IMG/VR virus record: IMGVR_UViG_3300039208_000529
Location: 48,443 to 112,442 of that record
Length of the DNA: 64,000 nucleotides
Source: a virus
Lineage: Duplodnaviria; Heunggongvirae; Uroviricota; Caudoviricetes
Strand: one strand, 5' to 3'
Under the pieces are notes generated by a model. The model was not told the DNA's origin. It was given only the letters and a program-made list of their open reading frames with translations, and did no database searches. The position numbers were made by a program, and so were the translations under genes. How positions within the stretch are numbered: position 1 is the stretch's first letter; every line of letters begins with the position of its first letter. Of this stretch, positions 10,253 to 18,905 are shown piece after piece.

Positions 10253-10284
10253 AGGCTGTGGTCTTCATAGATCACAGCCTTTTA
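10253..10284 (+). terminator. intrinsic terminator
   Basis: AGGCTGTGGTC-TTCATA-GATCACAGCCT 11-bp stem (one G.U) followed by T-rich TTTAGTTTATTT. Confidence 0.75.
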
Positions 10285-10335
10285 GTTTATTTATCTGTGG
10301 GCATAGTCGTGTGATTTAGCCCAGGAGTAAGGTGA

Positions 10336-10797
10336 ATGGTGACAGCAGAATTTGAACATGATGGCGACGTAGGTATACTTACGGTCGTTACCCATTTTGG
10401 GACAACCCATAAGATTGATTGCAAAAAGCAACCTACGGAAACTTTTCGTTTAGGTGGCACGGCGGTAAATGAAGTGATTGCTTATGAAGGGGTAGTGACC
10501 GATGTTGTGAACGCTTCATTTAAAGCTTTTATAACTTCTGAAAAGACTTTTGCTGGTAATGGAGTATTATCTCCTGAAGGTTGGAAAAACTCCCCTGAGC
10601 TGCATTGTTATGTTACAGAATATTATCCTTTGGATATGGAGGGTAAACGTCCTGGCTGGCTGGTTAGTCGGATGCCAATTAAAGATGCGAATCGTATTTT
10701 TATAAATTTGGACGCGATTGATGGTGGAGGAAACGTTATTAAAAGATATCGTGTTTCGCCTTTTTTTGGTGACTATATTGTTCTGGAGAATGTTTGA
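10336..10797 (+). CDS. hypothetical protein
   Basis: 153-aa ORF with AGGAG upstream. Confidence 0.65.
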   Translation: MVTAEFEHDGDVGILTVVTHFGTTHKIDCKKQPTETFRLGGTAVNEVIAYEGVVTDVVNASFKAFITSEKTFAGNGVLSPEGWKNSPELHCYVTEYYPLDMEGKRPGWLVSRMPIKDANRIFINLDAIDGGGNVIKRYRVSPFFGDYIVLENV

Positions 10798-13700
10798 TGG
10801 CGTTTCCTATTGATGATTATGCACTTATTGGATTTTGGCCGTTAAACGAATCGAGCGGTACGCCAGTTTTTCGTAATTATGCTCCACGAACAGCAAACGG
10901 TGCAACAAGTGGTATTTCATTTGATTTACATGTTCATGCTACAAATCCTGCGATTGGTGTTTCTGTAAGACAGCATCAATCTCTGTGGCCGGGAACTGAT
11001 ACTCAATTCAATTTTAATTCTGGTATTTTTCATACAGGATATAGAGTTCAAGGGAACTATAATAAAGCGACAGCTGACATTGGTCCTCATGAAAAGATTT
11101 TGACGGTTGGAGCCGGCGGGCGACGAAGTAAAGAGTTTATGACTACGCCTGCTATTGACGGTAGTGGATGGACGGTTGGTATGTGGGTTCTTCCATTGTC
11201 GAATGGGGATACTACTACATCTACGAACCAACAACATGGTGAAAGACATCCTATTATTTCCAAGGGGTTACGGTCTAGCACAGGTTCTACATCTGCCGGC
11301 TTTTCTTTTGGTGTGTATGGGAATTTAAGCGAATCGACTCCAAATACTCCAGCATCCAGAGAGCTTGTAGCTTTTGGTGAAGATTTTGGTGCGACACAGT
11401 TTATTAGTACGCCGATTGAATCAGGAAAGTTTACGCATCTTACGTTAAGATATGAATATGACTTCTCTGCTAGCAATGAAAGATTGACATTATATAAAGA
11501 TGGAATCGTTCAGTCTAGCAGTGTATATGCAGTAAGTGATGCATTTACTCTTACGGCTGCGAATACATCTTTTGCTGATGCGGTATTGTCTATTGGTGGT
11601 GGACTAGATACAGGAACTAGTACGAATTTTTACGAATATGCTGCCGGTTGGGGACATCTTGTTTCTGGTGTTTACGCTTTCGAAAGACCTCTAAGCGATG
11701 CTGAAGTTTTGACTATACATGGTGGTCAAGGTCTTCAGCCTGATGAAGGCGTGTTCCCGAAAGGAACGCAAGATCTTACTCTTCAACATCCAGAACTAAT
11801 TGCATATTATCCATTCTTGTCTCCTGGATATGTTGATGTTGGTCCGAATCATGAGCCGTTGATTTCAGAAACTGATGAAGGATCTGTCAACAGTACGTTT
11901 GGGACAACGATTTCTTACTATGGAATTACTGGTCCATTTGGACGTGGTGGTGCTTATAATGAAGCTGGAACTTCCAGGGCCATCATGGCTAGCAGTGGAT
12001 TAATGCAACGAATTATTGATGCCAAGAGTTTTACTGTCGCTGGATATTTTGCACCGAATGCTGATTCTTCTACTGCGGACGTAAATTATCAAAGAAATAT
12101 GTTGTTTGCTTGTGGAGCGACAGACTCTGATGTAACGCCAACTCCAACAAATGACAATATGTGTTTCTTTGTGAGTACCAGTGGCGATGCGGGTACTCTT
12201 AGATATTCTGCACGTTTCTATGAAGATGGTGATACTGGAACAGAATTAGCACTCCTTGCGAAGGAAGCTGATATATGGCGTAGTGTTTATAGTCACTATG
12301 CTGTTGTTTATGACGATCAGACTCGCGGCGTTGCTTTTTATGTTGGTGGCTATCTACAGGAGAGCGGAACGCTAGGTGCTTCCTTGGTTGGTCAAATGAG
12401 AAAAGTTGTTGGTGCTGGCTTTAACATGACATTCTTGGGGTCTGTAGATAATACTGATGCTCAGGGCTTTGTATCCAATGGCGGAATTGATTGTGCAGGA
12501 TCTGAGTTTGCCATTTTTGGTCGTCCGTTACAACCACATGAAATCAACTATTTAGCTCAAAGCGGTATTAATGTCGACTCTCTATTGCTTACTCCTGCGG
12601 ATCCAAGACTTAGAGGTTATTGGAAGGGAACAGAAGCTAGCGATGAGAATCTTTTGAACGTGGAAGATAGAGCTGTTGTTTGGGAAAAGAATCCTGCGAA
12701 CTTGACACAGGTTCAATCTGATTTTTGGTGGGATGATATGTATACTCAAATTAATACAACTCCACCTTATGGAGAATTCCCACTATTTAATCAAGTAAGA
12801 CCAACACCATCTGATCCTCAGCAAGCAAGTTTTGGAAATCTTGGAATGACATCTGGTGTTTGGGCAATGCGTGGTGGGTCTCCAGGCAATATGGGTCTTA
12901 CTGCTGCTATTGTAGATGAAAAATTGTCTTCTTATGGTGCTCCTCCTGTGAGATTTAGACCGTTTATGTCTGAGCGTGATGGACCAATTCCTCATTATGC
13001 CAACAGCTTCTTGTTATCTTTCGAAGTAACTCCAAGCGGTGTTATTCATGCTCAAGGTGTTGCAGGAAACTCTGCACAATATAATTCTAGGATAATTTAT
13101 TTTGGAAATGGTAATGCTAATGAAGATTACATTGTGCACTTAGAGCAAGCTTCTGGTGTTATTCAGGCGGTTCTTACTGGACGCTACAATGCAACAAATA
13201 GACAAGTATTGTTTGCACCAAATTTGCCTTATGGTGCTCCTAGTAGAGTAACTTTTTGGATTCGTCCAGATATCCCATACGTTATGGATAGCTTGGCCGG
13301 AGCGGATGATCTTCGTGCAACAGCCTTTATTGATGGTGTGCATGTTGACGAGAGAGTCTTAACTTTCGATAATACTAGAATTAGTCCAAATACTTTAGTT
13401 AGTGCAAGCTCAGATGATTCTAGAGCTATTTTTCAGGTTGGTGGATTTGCGGTAGAAGATACATTCTCTACTCAGCAGTCAACCAATGTTGGATTAGGCG
13501 AGATATACATGCGTAATGTTTTCATTATGAATGGTCATATAACACCTAATGAAGTAGTGCATTTAGCTACTAGTGGAATTACAGACTCTGTTCCAACAGG
13601 CTTTAATACGACACAGGATACTACGGAAGTTAACATCAACGACACAGCGTTGGAGGGTTACTATAGATTTACTGGTGGAGTATTTGGTAGAGGAACAAAG

Positions 13701-13832
13701 GATCTTAGTAACAATTCAAACGATCTAACCGACATTGCTAAGATCTATAAAGATGGTGGAAATTTTGTCAGTCCAACAGACAATGCTTTTGATAATTTAA
13801 GATTCTTCCCGGGCCCATTTAAAAATGGCTAA
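10797..13832 (+). CDS. multi-LamG (concanavalin A-like jelly-roll) adhesin/tail fibre protein, part 1
   Basis: Repeated LamG starts (LIGFWPLNE, LIAYYPF, LRGYWKG, LEGYYRF) with WTVGMWV, FTHLTLRY, LYKDG and FERPLSDAEV-type cores; GGAG precedes ATG 10797. Confidence 0.75.
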   Translation: MAFPIDDYALIGFWPLNESSGTPVFRNYAPRTANGATSGISFDLHVHATNPAIGVSVRQHQSLWPGTDTQFNFNSGIFHTGYRVQGNYNKATADIGPHEKILTVGAGGRRSKEFMTTPAIDGSGWTVGMWVLPLSNGDTTTSTNQQHGERHPIISKGLRSSTGSTSAGFSFGVYGNLSESTPNTPASRELVAFGEDFGATQFISTPIESGKFTHLTLRYEYDFSASNERLTLYKDGIVQSSSVYAVSDAFTLTAANTSFADAVLSIGGGLDTGTSTNFYEYAAGWGHLVSGVYAFERPLSDAEVLTIHGGQGLQPDEGVFPKGTQDLTLQHPELIAYYPFLSPGYVDVGPNHEPLISETDEGSVNSTFGTTISYYGITGPFGRGGAYNEAGTSRAIMASSGLMQRIIDAKSFTVAGYFAPNADSSTADVNYQRNMLFACGATDSDVTPTPTNDNMCFFVSTSGDAGTLRYSARFYEDGDTGTELALLAKEADIWRSVYSHYAVVYDDQTRGVAFYVGGYLQESGTLGASLVGQMRKVVGAGFNMTFLGSVDNTDAQGFVSNGGIDCAGSEFAIFGRPLQPHEINYLAQSGINVDSLLLTPADPRLRGYWKGTEASDENLLNVEDRAVVWEKNPANLTQVQSDFWWDDMYTQINTTPPYGEFPLFNQVRPTPSDPQQASFGNLGMTSGVWAMRGGSPGNMGLTAAIVDEKLSSYGAPPVRFRPFMSERDGPIPHYANSFLLSFEVTPSGVIHAQGVAGNSAQYNSRIIYFGNGNANEDYIVHLEQASGVIQAVLTGRYNATNRQVLFAPNLPYGAPSRVTFWIRPDIPYVMDSLAGADDLRATAFIDGVHVDERVLTFDNTRISPNTLVSASSDDSRAIFQVGGFAVEDTFSTQQSTNVGLGEIYMRNVFIMNGHITPNEVVHLATSGITDSVPTGFNTTQDTTEVNINDTALEGYYRFTGGVFGRGTKDLSNNSNDLTDIAKIYKDGGNFVSPTDNAFDNLRFFPGPFKNG

Positions 13833-15570
13833 TATTTCAACACAAGCTAGTGGTATTTCCTATATTGGAAATGCTCCAGCCGGCGACACCAGTACTTCTG
13901 CACCATTTGCAGTGTCTGGTGCGGGTTTTAATACGCCTAGAGATGGTTTTTCTGTTGGTTTCTGGTATGCACAAAGATTTGTTCCGGCTGCATTAAATGA
14001 TAGTGCTCTTATCATTAGCTATGGCAAAGTTCCGGGAGCATTTAATCTCAATACTGACGTTAATGCTGGTTGGGCCATTTATCTAGACGATAATTCTAAT
14101 ATTAAAATGGGGCTGTCTATTGATGGCACGTTGAATTTAGAGCCGGATAGTGTTGCCAGTGCAGGGAACGTTAGATGTGGTCTTGAACGGAATGCGGTTG
14201 ATGCGAATCCCGACTTTATTGACAATTTTACAAGAGGGATGACGCTCCCGGGTCATATCGATGGATGGAATCATTTTACATGGACATATGATCCTTCTGG
14301 ATCCGGCGTAGTAAAGTGTTATTTCAATGGCGGTTTAGTGGACCAGCGAGATATGCTGGGACAAAAACCAAATCAACCTGATTTCCATGGCCAAATGATG
14401 AGCGTTTTTGGTGGTTTAGTAGGAGATTGGGACTGGACTGACGATGACATTTTTGATGAACATGGTGCTCTTACAGATCTTTTCTACTTTTCGAGAGCAT
14501 TAAATGAAAAAGAAGTAAAGTACATTGCTTATCACGGCATTGCTGATGCTCCTGCGATTCCAATAGCCAGTGGATTAGTAGGTGGATATATTGCGGGACA
14601 AGATACTGCGTCAGGAATTATAGGCGGATATATTCAAGGTCAAACTGATGTATCCGGTATTGTTGGCGGGTATATCGTTGGCTCCATTGCAAGCAGTGGA
14701 TTATTAGGTGGTTATATTTCTGGAATTAACTCACCAATGTCGGGTATTATTGGTGGATATATTGTTGGTTCAACTGCCTCATCTGGACTTCTTGGAGGAC
14801 TGTTATTAGGTGCTGACATAGGTAGCGGTCTTCTTGGTGGATATATCTTGGGAGGTCTTTCTGGTAATCTTGAGTTTGACGCGGTGTTTAGTGTTTCGGT
14901 TATGGCTGCTCAAGATTATGATGCTATCACTCAAATATCACAAACTATTAATGATGATTTTGATGCCAAGGTAGTTGTGTTTGAAGATGAGTGTTTGCCA
15001 TTAGTTGCAATTGAAACTCCATCAGAATCGGTTAGTGGCTTGGCTCCACCGTTTGATCAATATTTTGTTGGTAAAGCTTCTGGATTACAAAATAAAACTA
15101 TTACTAAAACTAGATGGCGTTTTGGCGATTTTACTCCGCCCGTTGAAGTTTCTGAAAGTGGTGCCGGTTGTTATCCGGTAAGTCATACGTTTGCTCAAAG
15201 TGGTTTCTTTATTGTTAAATTTGAGGCTATTGATTCTGATGGAGTACATGCTTCCGCAACCAGAATCGTTAATGCCGCTTCTGGTATTGATCCAGTCCTT
15301 ATTGCACTATCTGGGATTCCTCAGGCTGGAAATGCTGCATTAGTTGTAGATTTTACAACAACTATTGCGAGCACACCTATTGGAGTGAGTGTACTAAATA
15401 AATTGCTGGATTTTGATGATGGACAGACTACTATCAGTTTAAATCCAACACATTCGTATACGGAACTAGGTGTTTATAATCCTATCTGGTGTGTCCGAGA
15501 CTCTCGTGGCGTTGTTTGGTGCGATAGTTTACAGCCAGGACTTGATCTGTTCACATCAGGAGGGGGCTAG
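13825..15570 (+). CDS. LamG core + Gly-rich repeats + two PKD-like domains, part 2
   Basis: FSVGFW, WNHFTWTYD, CYFNG, LTDLFYFSRALNEKEV; PKD-like WRFGD...SHTFAQSG and LDFDDG...NPTHSYTELGVY. Confidence 0.75.
   Translation: MANISTQASGISYIGNAPAGDTSTSAPFAVSGAGFNTPRDGFSVGFWYAQRFVPAALNDSALIISYGKVPGAFNLNTDVNAGWAIYLDDNSNIKMGLSIDGTLNLEPDSVASAGNVRCGLERNAVDANPDFIDNFTRGMTLPGHIDGWNHFTWTYDPSGSGVVKCYFNGGLVDQRDMLGQKPNQPDFHGQMMSVFGGLVGDWDWTDDDIFDEHGALTDLFYFSRALNEKEVKYIAYHGIADAPAIPIASGLVGGYIAGQDTASGIIGGYIQGQTDVSGIVGGYIVGSIASSGLLGGYISGINSPMSGIIGGYIVGSTASSGLLGGLLLGADIGSGLLGGYILGGLSGNLEFDAVFSVSVMAAQDYDAITQISQTINDDFDAKVVVFEDECLPLVAIETPSESVSGLAPPFDQYFVGKASGLQNKTITKTRWRFGDFTPPVEVSESGAGCYPVSHTFAQSGFFIVKFEAIDSDGVHASATRIVNAASGIDPVLIALSGIPQAGNAALVVDFTTTIASTPIGVSVLNKLLDFDDGQTTISLNPTHSYTELGVYNPIWCVRDSRGVVWCDSLQPGLDLFTSGGG
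14569..14865 (+). repeat. about 7 degenerate 14-aa (42-nt) coding repeats SG[LI][VIL]GGY[I]xG
   Basis: SGLVGGYIAG, SGIIGGYIQG, SGIVGGYIVG, SGLLGGYISG, SGIIGGYIVG, SGLLGGLLLG, SGLLGGYILG. Confidence 0.9.
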
Positions 15571-15572
15571 GT

Positions 15573-18500
15573 ATGAATTTAGTATTTAATCCAAACAGCA
15601 TTACTGTCAGTGGTGTTGGCGTACCTCTTAACGGTATAGCCTGGCCTTCTGGTCAATTTGTGTTTAATGAGCCTGGTTCACAGCTCTGTGCATTTCTATC
15701 TTCTGTAAATGCTAGCTTTGGTTTTAATCTTACTCCACACAATTTTCAGATGGAATGGATCCCATGCGGAGATCCATGTGCGTTCCATGGGGCATCTGGT
15801 CAATTGCCAGACATTGGGCATAATCTTGAGTTGTTTATTGGAGACTTCTTTCTAAGAGGTATTGTTACACACGCTGATTACACTTCCAGTGTAGGTGGAA
15901 CAATTGTTAATGTGACGGTAGAAGATGAGCGACGTAAACTTAAGAAAGTAAAGATTCATACAGAAGATATCGGTGAAAACGTTCCAAGCGGTATCGTTTC
16001 GGTTGCTCGTGCTTATAGACGAATTAATGGATTAACAGATGTTAATGGTGATCCATCTGATCCACTCATTAAAGAATACAAAAGAATTTTAGAGTTTGGT
16101 GCGACGTATAATCAAATTGTTCAAGCAATTGATTTAACATTTAACGAAGGTAATGCAGCTATTCCTGTTGCGGATATTCCAACCGTTCAGCAAATTGAAG
16201 CGAATATTGGTGGAACTGTTGATGCTATTCGTTTTCATTTTAACTTAACTACGTTAGACGAAGTGTTGACCCGTGTTCTGCAAGATACTGGTTATGATTG
16301 GTATTGGAGCATGGATGGACAGAAGGTTAATCTTGTCAATAAAAAAGCAGTGTTTGATATCCAGGAAAATGATATACTTGATTTAGTTTCTGAATTCGGC
16401 AGTGTCAGCGGCTTGAATGAGACAAAGCAAGTTGGCTTTGGTCAAGATATTGTACCGGATCCAACTAGATTTAGAGTCTTAGGTGGTCATCAAGAAGGTG
16501 TAATTAACTCTCCACTATTGAGTCCTATCGATGGATTGGATACAAGCGTTTTTGATGACAATATCGTTTTCACGAAGATTTGGGATCAACTTAGTATTGG
16601 CTTCTACGACAACGACGGCTTTTATAGAACATATATTCCAAGCGAAAAGGAGTTGCAATTAGCTCTTGCTGGAATTGAACAATGGAGTTATTTTAAGATC
16701 TATCAAACAGCTGATCCTGCTGACGATCCTCCTGGATATGGCCTCGCAGCTGACGCCGGATCCATTGCAGCACAGCACCCAACGTTTCAGAGTAGAATTG
16801 ATCCATTGATGCCTTTGGCTGGTTTGGCTACTGGGGCAGCAGAATCTGGCATTAGAGTCATTAGCAATAGACGAGACGAAGAACACAATTGGACAATTGC
16901 TTTTTATAATCGTGTTAGAAATCATGCTTCGAGACACTATGGTAGATCATATGTATTAGAAAATCTTATTTTCACAGAATCTTCAGGATTTTATAGACTA
17001 GTAGATTCTGCTTGGGCAAACGTCGAAAATCAAGTTCAAGGATTTACTTTATCGGCATCCGGAACGCAAACAACTAGCGGCGTGTTCGTACAGGACTATG
17101 AAATCAATAGAGACCTTGGTCCTATTAGTCCTTTTGTTACTGATGATTTTAGAGTTTCTGCACACTGTGTGTTGCCTGTAGATACAGTATATGGACCTCA
17201 AGGAGACGACGTTCCTGCTAGTTTTGGCAACTGGACGGAAGATGCTCCTCCGTTTAATCCAAATGGAAGTGGAGAACATTATATTCCAGTTTCTCTTAGT
17301 GTTGTTGGTCAGCGAGTAATTAATCCTCGCAGTGACGACTTATATGCTTTCGAAGCGTTCCCAGAGGGAACATTGTGGTGTCAGTTACCTATTAATGCCG
17401 GTCCATCTGGAGGCTTACTTGAAGACACTATCATTTCTAACCTTGCAACCTTATTAACTACGAATCAAAAATTGACTGGATCAGGATTACTGGATATTAT
17501 TAATCCCGCAGTTAGTTTGAATTCGTATGATTCTTTGTCTGGCGTTGCCGTACCAGTTCAAGCCAGAAATAGATATGGACAAAATTATCCAACACAATGG
17601 GTCGAAGGGGACCTGCACTTTCAGCAGGATGAAGATGTTCAATTAGATGATCAGTTTGTTCCTTGGGCATTTTCGCCAGAGGGCAATCAAACATCACTCG
17701 AAGTTATGACGGATCGTGCAATACGGCGTGTCACCGGTAAGACCGTCCCGCGTAGCTCGTCACGCTATGCAGATTTCATTCAAGTTGGACTACCTCTTCT
17801 TTCATTTGATGCGTTTGCTCAGCAAGGTATTGGACCATCTGGTCTGTACGGCGAGATCAGTCATGGTGTTAATGAGCTAAATATTAGTTTTGGTTTTGAT
17901 GGATTTACTACTAGATATAAAATTCAATCATATTTTCCTAAGTTTGGAAAGGACGCTCCTCTTGGTGAAAGAGTTCGTGCTCAACTAAACGGCATTGTAA
18001 ATCCAATTGATTTTACTGATCTTGAGCTTCTTGATCCTATTCCTGGAGATCCCAATAATCCAGTTCTTCCAGGAGATCCGTTAATTGGTCCTGTGTTCTT
18101 TGATTCTGAAGATAGAGCGGTAAGAGTTCAAATTAATGAAGTTAAGAATGTGTTTACACTTTCGAGTGTGCCAGGCACCGAAACAGATGAAAGATATAGA
18201 GGGGTCGATCAAAATCGATATACTAAACCGCCAATTAATCTATCATCCAGTCAATTAGATTTTACGGATGGAGCTATTTGTATTGACGGATTTTTGAACA
18301 TTGGCGACCAAGCAATGTATCATACTGACGATTTCCAACTTCCTGGCGGAAATGTAGTGTTAAGGTACTTTACTCAAGGTCGTCCTTTTGCAAATGGTAC
18401 AATTGTTCAAGTTGAAAGACTAAATGCCGCAGACTCTACTAAGTATGATGTTACGATTGTAGATCCAACAGCATCTTTGAACGGTGTTGATAGAGCTATT

Positions 18501-18905
18501 TTTGGATTAGAAGTGTTAAACGGAACAGTTTCTATTGGAGAGAAAACAACATTAGCTGCTCAGGGTAACGCAAATATTAAACCTGGCACAAACAATGGGG
18601 ATGGTATTTTTATTAATGGTACTACATCTAGTGCTGCCGGTGTTACTCCCGTTGAAATTATAGCCGTATCCAATCAAGGTACATCTAATGCATTAGCCTC
18701 TTGTAGGCTTCTTGATAATACTGGTGCTGTTATTACGTCTGGAACGCTGTTTACTAGTGTTGTTCCAATTCCATATAGACAATTTGCAGCATCGGGTGAT
18801 AGAGGATTTTTAGCTCAAACAAGCGTACCTAGTGGTTTGGGTGGTACAGCAACTGTTAACTTTATCGAGATTGTTAAGCCCGCATTTTTCAGATTTAGAA
18901 TATAA
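15573..18905 (+). CDS. large putative tail hub/baseplate structural protein
   Basis: 1110 aa; N-terminal hub-like pattern (ASFGFNLTP, LFIGDFFLRGIV, GYDWYW); tail module context. Confidence 0.55.
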   Translation: MNLVFNPNSITVSGVGVPLNGIAWPSGQFVFNEPGSQLCAFLSSVNASFGFNLTPHNFQMEWIPCGDPCAFHGASGQLPDIGHNLELFIGDFFLRGIVTHADYTSSVGGTIVNVTVEDERRKLKKVKIHTEDIGENVPSGIVSVARAYRRINGLTDVNGDPSDPLIKEYKRILEFGATYNQIVQAIDLTFNEGNAAIPVADIPTVQQIEANIGGTVDAIRFHFNLTTLDEVLTRVLQDTGYDWYWSMDGQKVNLVNKKAVFDIQENDILDLVSEFGSVSGLNETKQVGFGQDIVPDPTRFRVLGGHQEGVINSPLLSPIDGLDTSVFDDNIVFTKIWDQLSIGFYDNDGFYRTYIPSEKELQLALAGIEQWSYFKIYQTADPADDPPGYGLAADAGSIAAQHPTFQSRIDPLMPLAGLATGAAESGIRVISNRRDEEHNWTIAFYNRVRNHASRHYGRSYVLENLIFTESSGFYRLVDSAWANVENQVQGFTLSASGTQTTSGVFVQDYEINRDLGPISPFVTDDFRVSAHCVLPVDTVYGPQGDDVPASFGNWTEDAPPFNPNGSGEHYIPVSLSVVGQRVINPRSDDLYAFEAFPEGTLWCQLPINAGPSGGLLEDTIISNLATLLTTNQKLTGSGLLDIINPAVSLNSYDSLSGVAVPVQARNRYGQNYPTQWVEGDLHFQQDEDVQLDDQFVPWAFSPEGNQTSLEVMTDRAIRRVTGKTVPRSSSRYADFIQVGLPLLSFDAFAQQGIGPSGLYGEISHGVNELNISFGFDGFTTRYKIQSYFPKFGKDAPLGERVRAQLNGIVNPIDFTDLELLDPIPGDPNNPVLPGDPLIGPVFFDSEDRAVRVQINEVKNVFTLSSVPGTETDERYRGVDQNRYTKPPINLSSSQLDFTDGAICIDGFLNIGDQAMYHTDDFQLPGGNVVLRYFTQGRPFANGTIVQVERLNAADSTKYDVTIVDPTASLNGVDRAIFGLEVLNGTVSIGEKTTLAAQGNANIKPGTNNGDGIFINGTTSSAAGVTPVEIIAVSNQGTSNALASCRLLDNTGAVITSGTLFTSVVPIPYRQFAASGDRGFLAQTSVPSGLGGTATVNFIEIVKPAFFRFRI

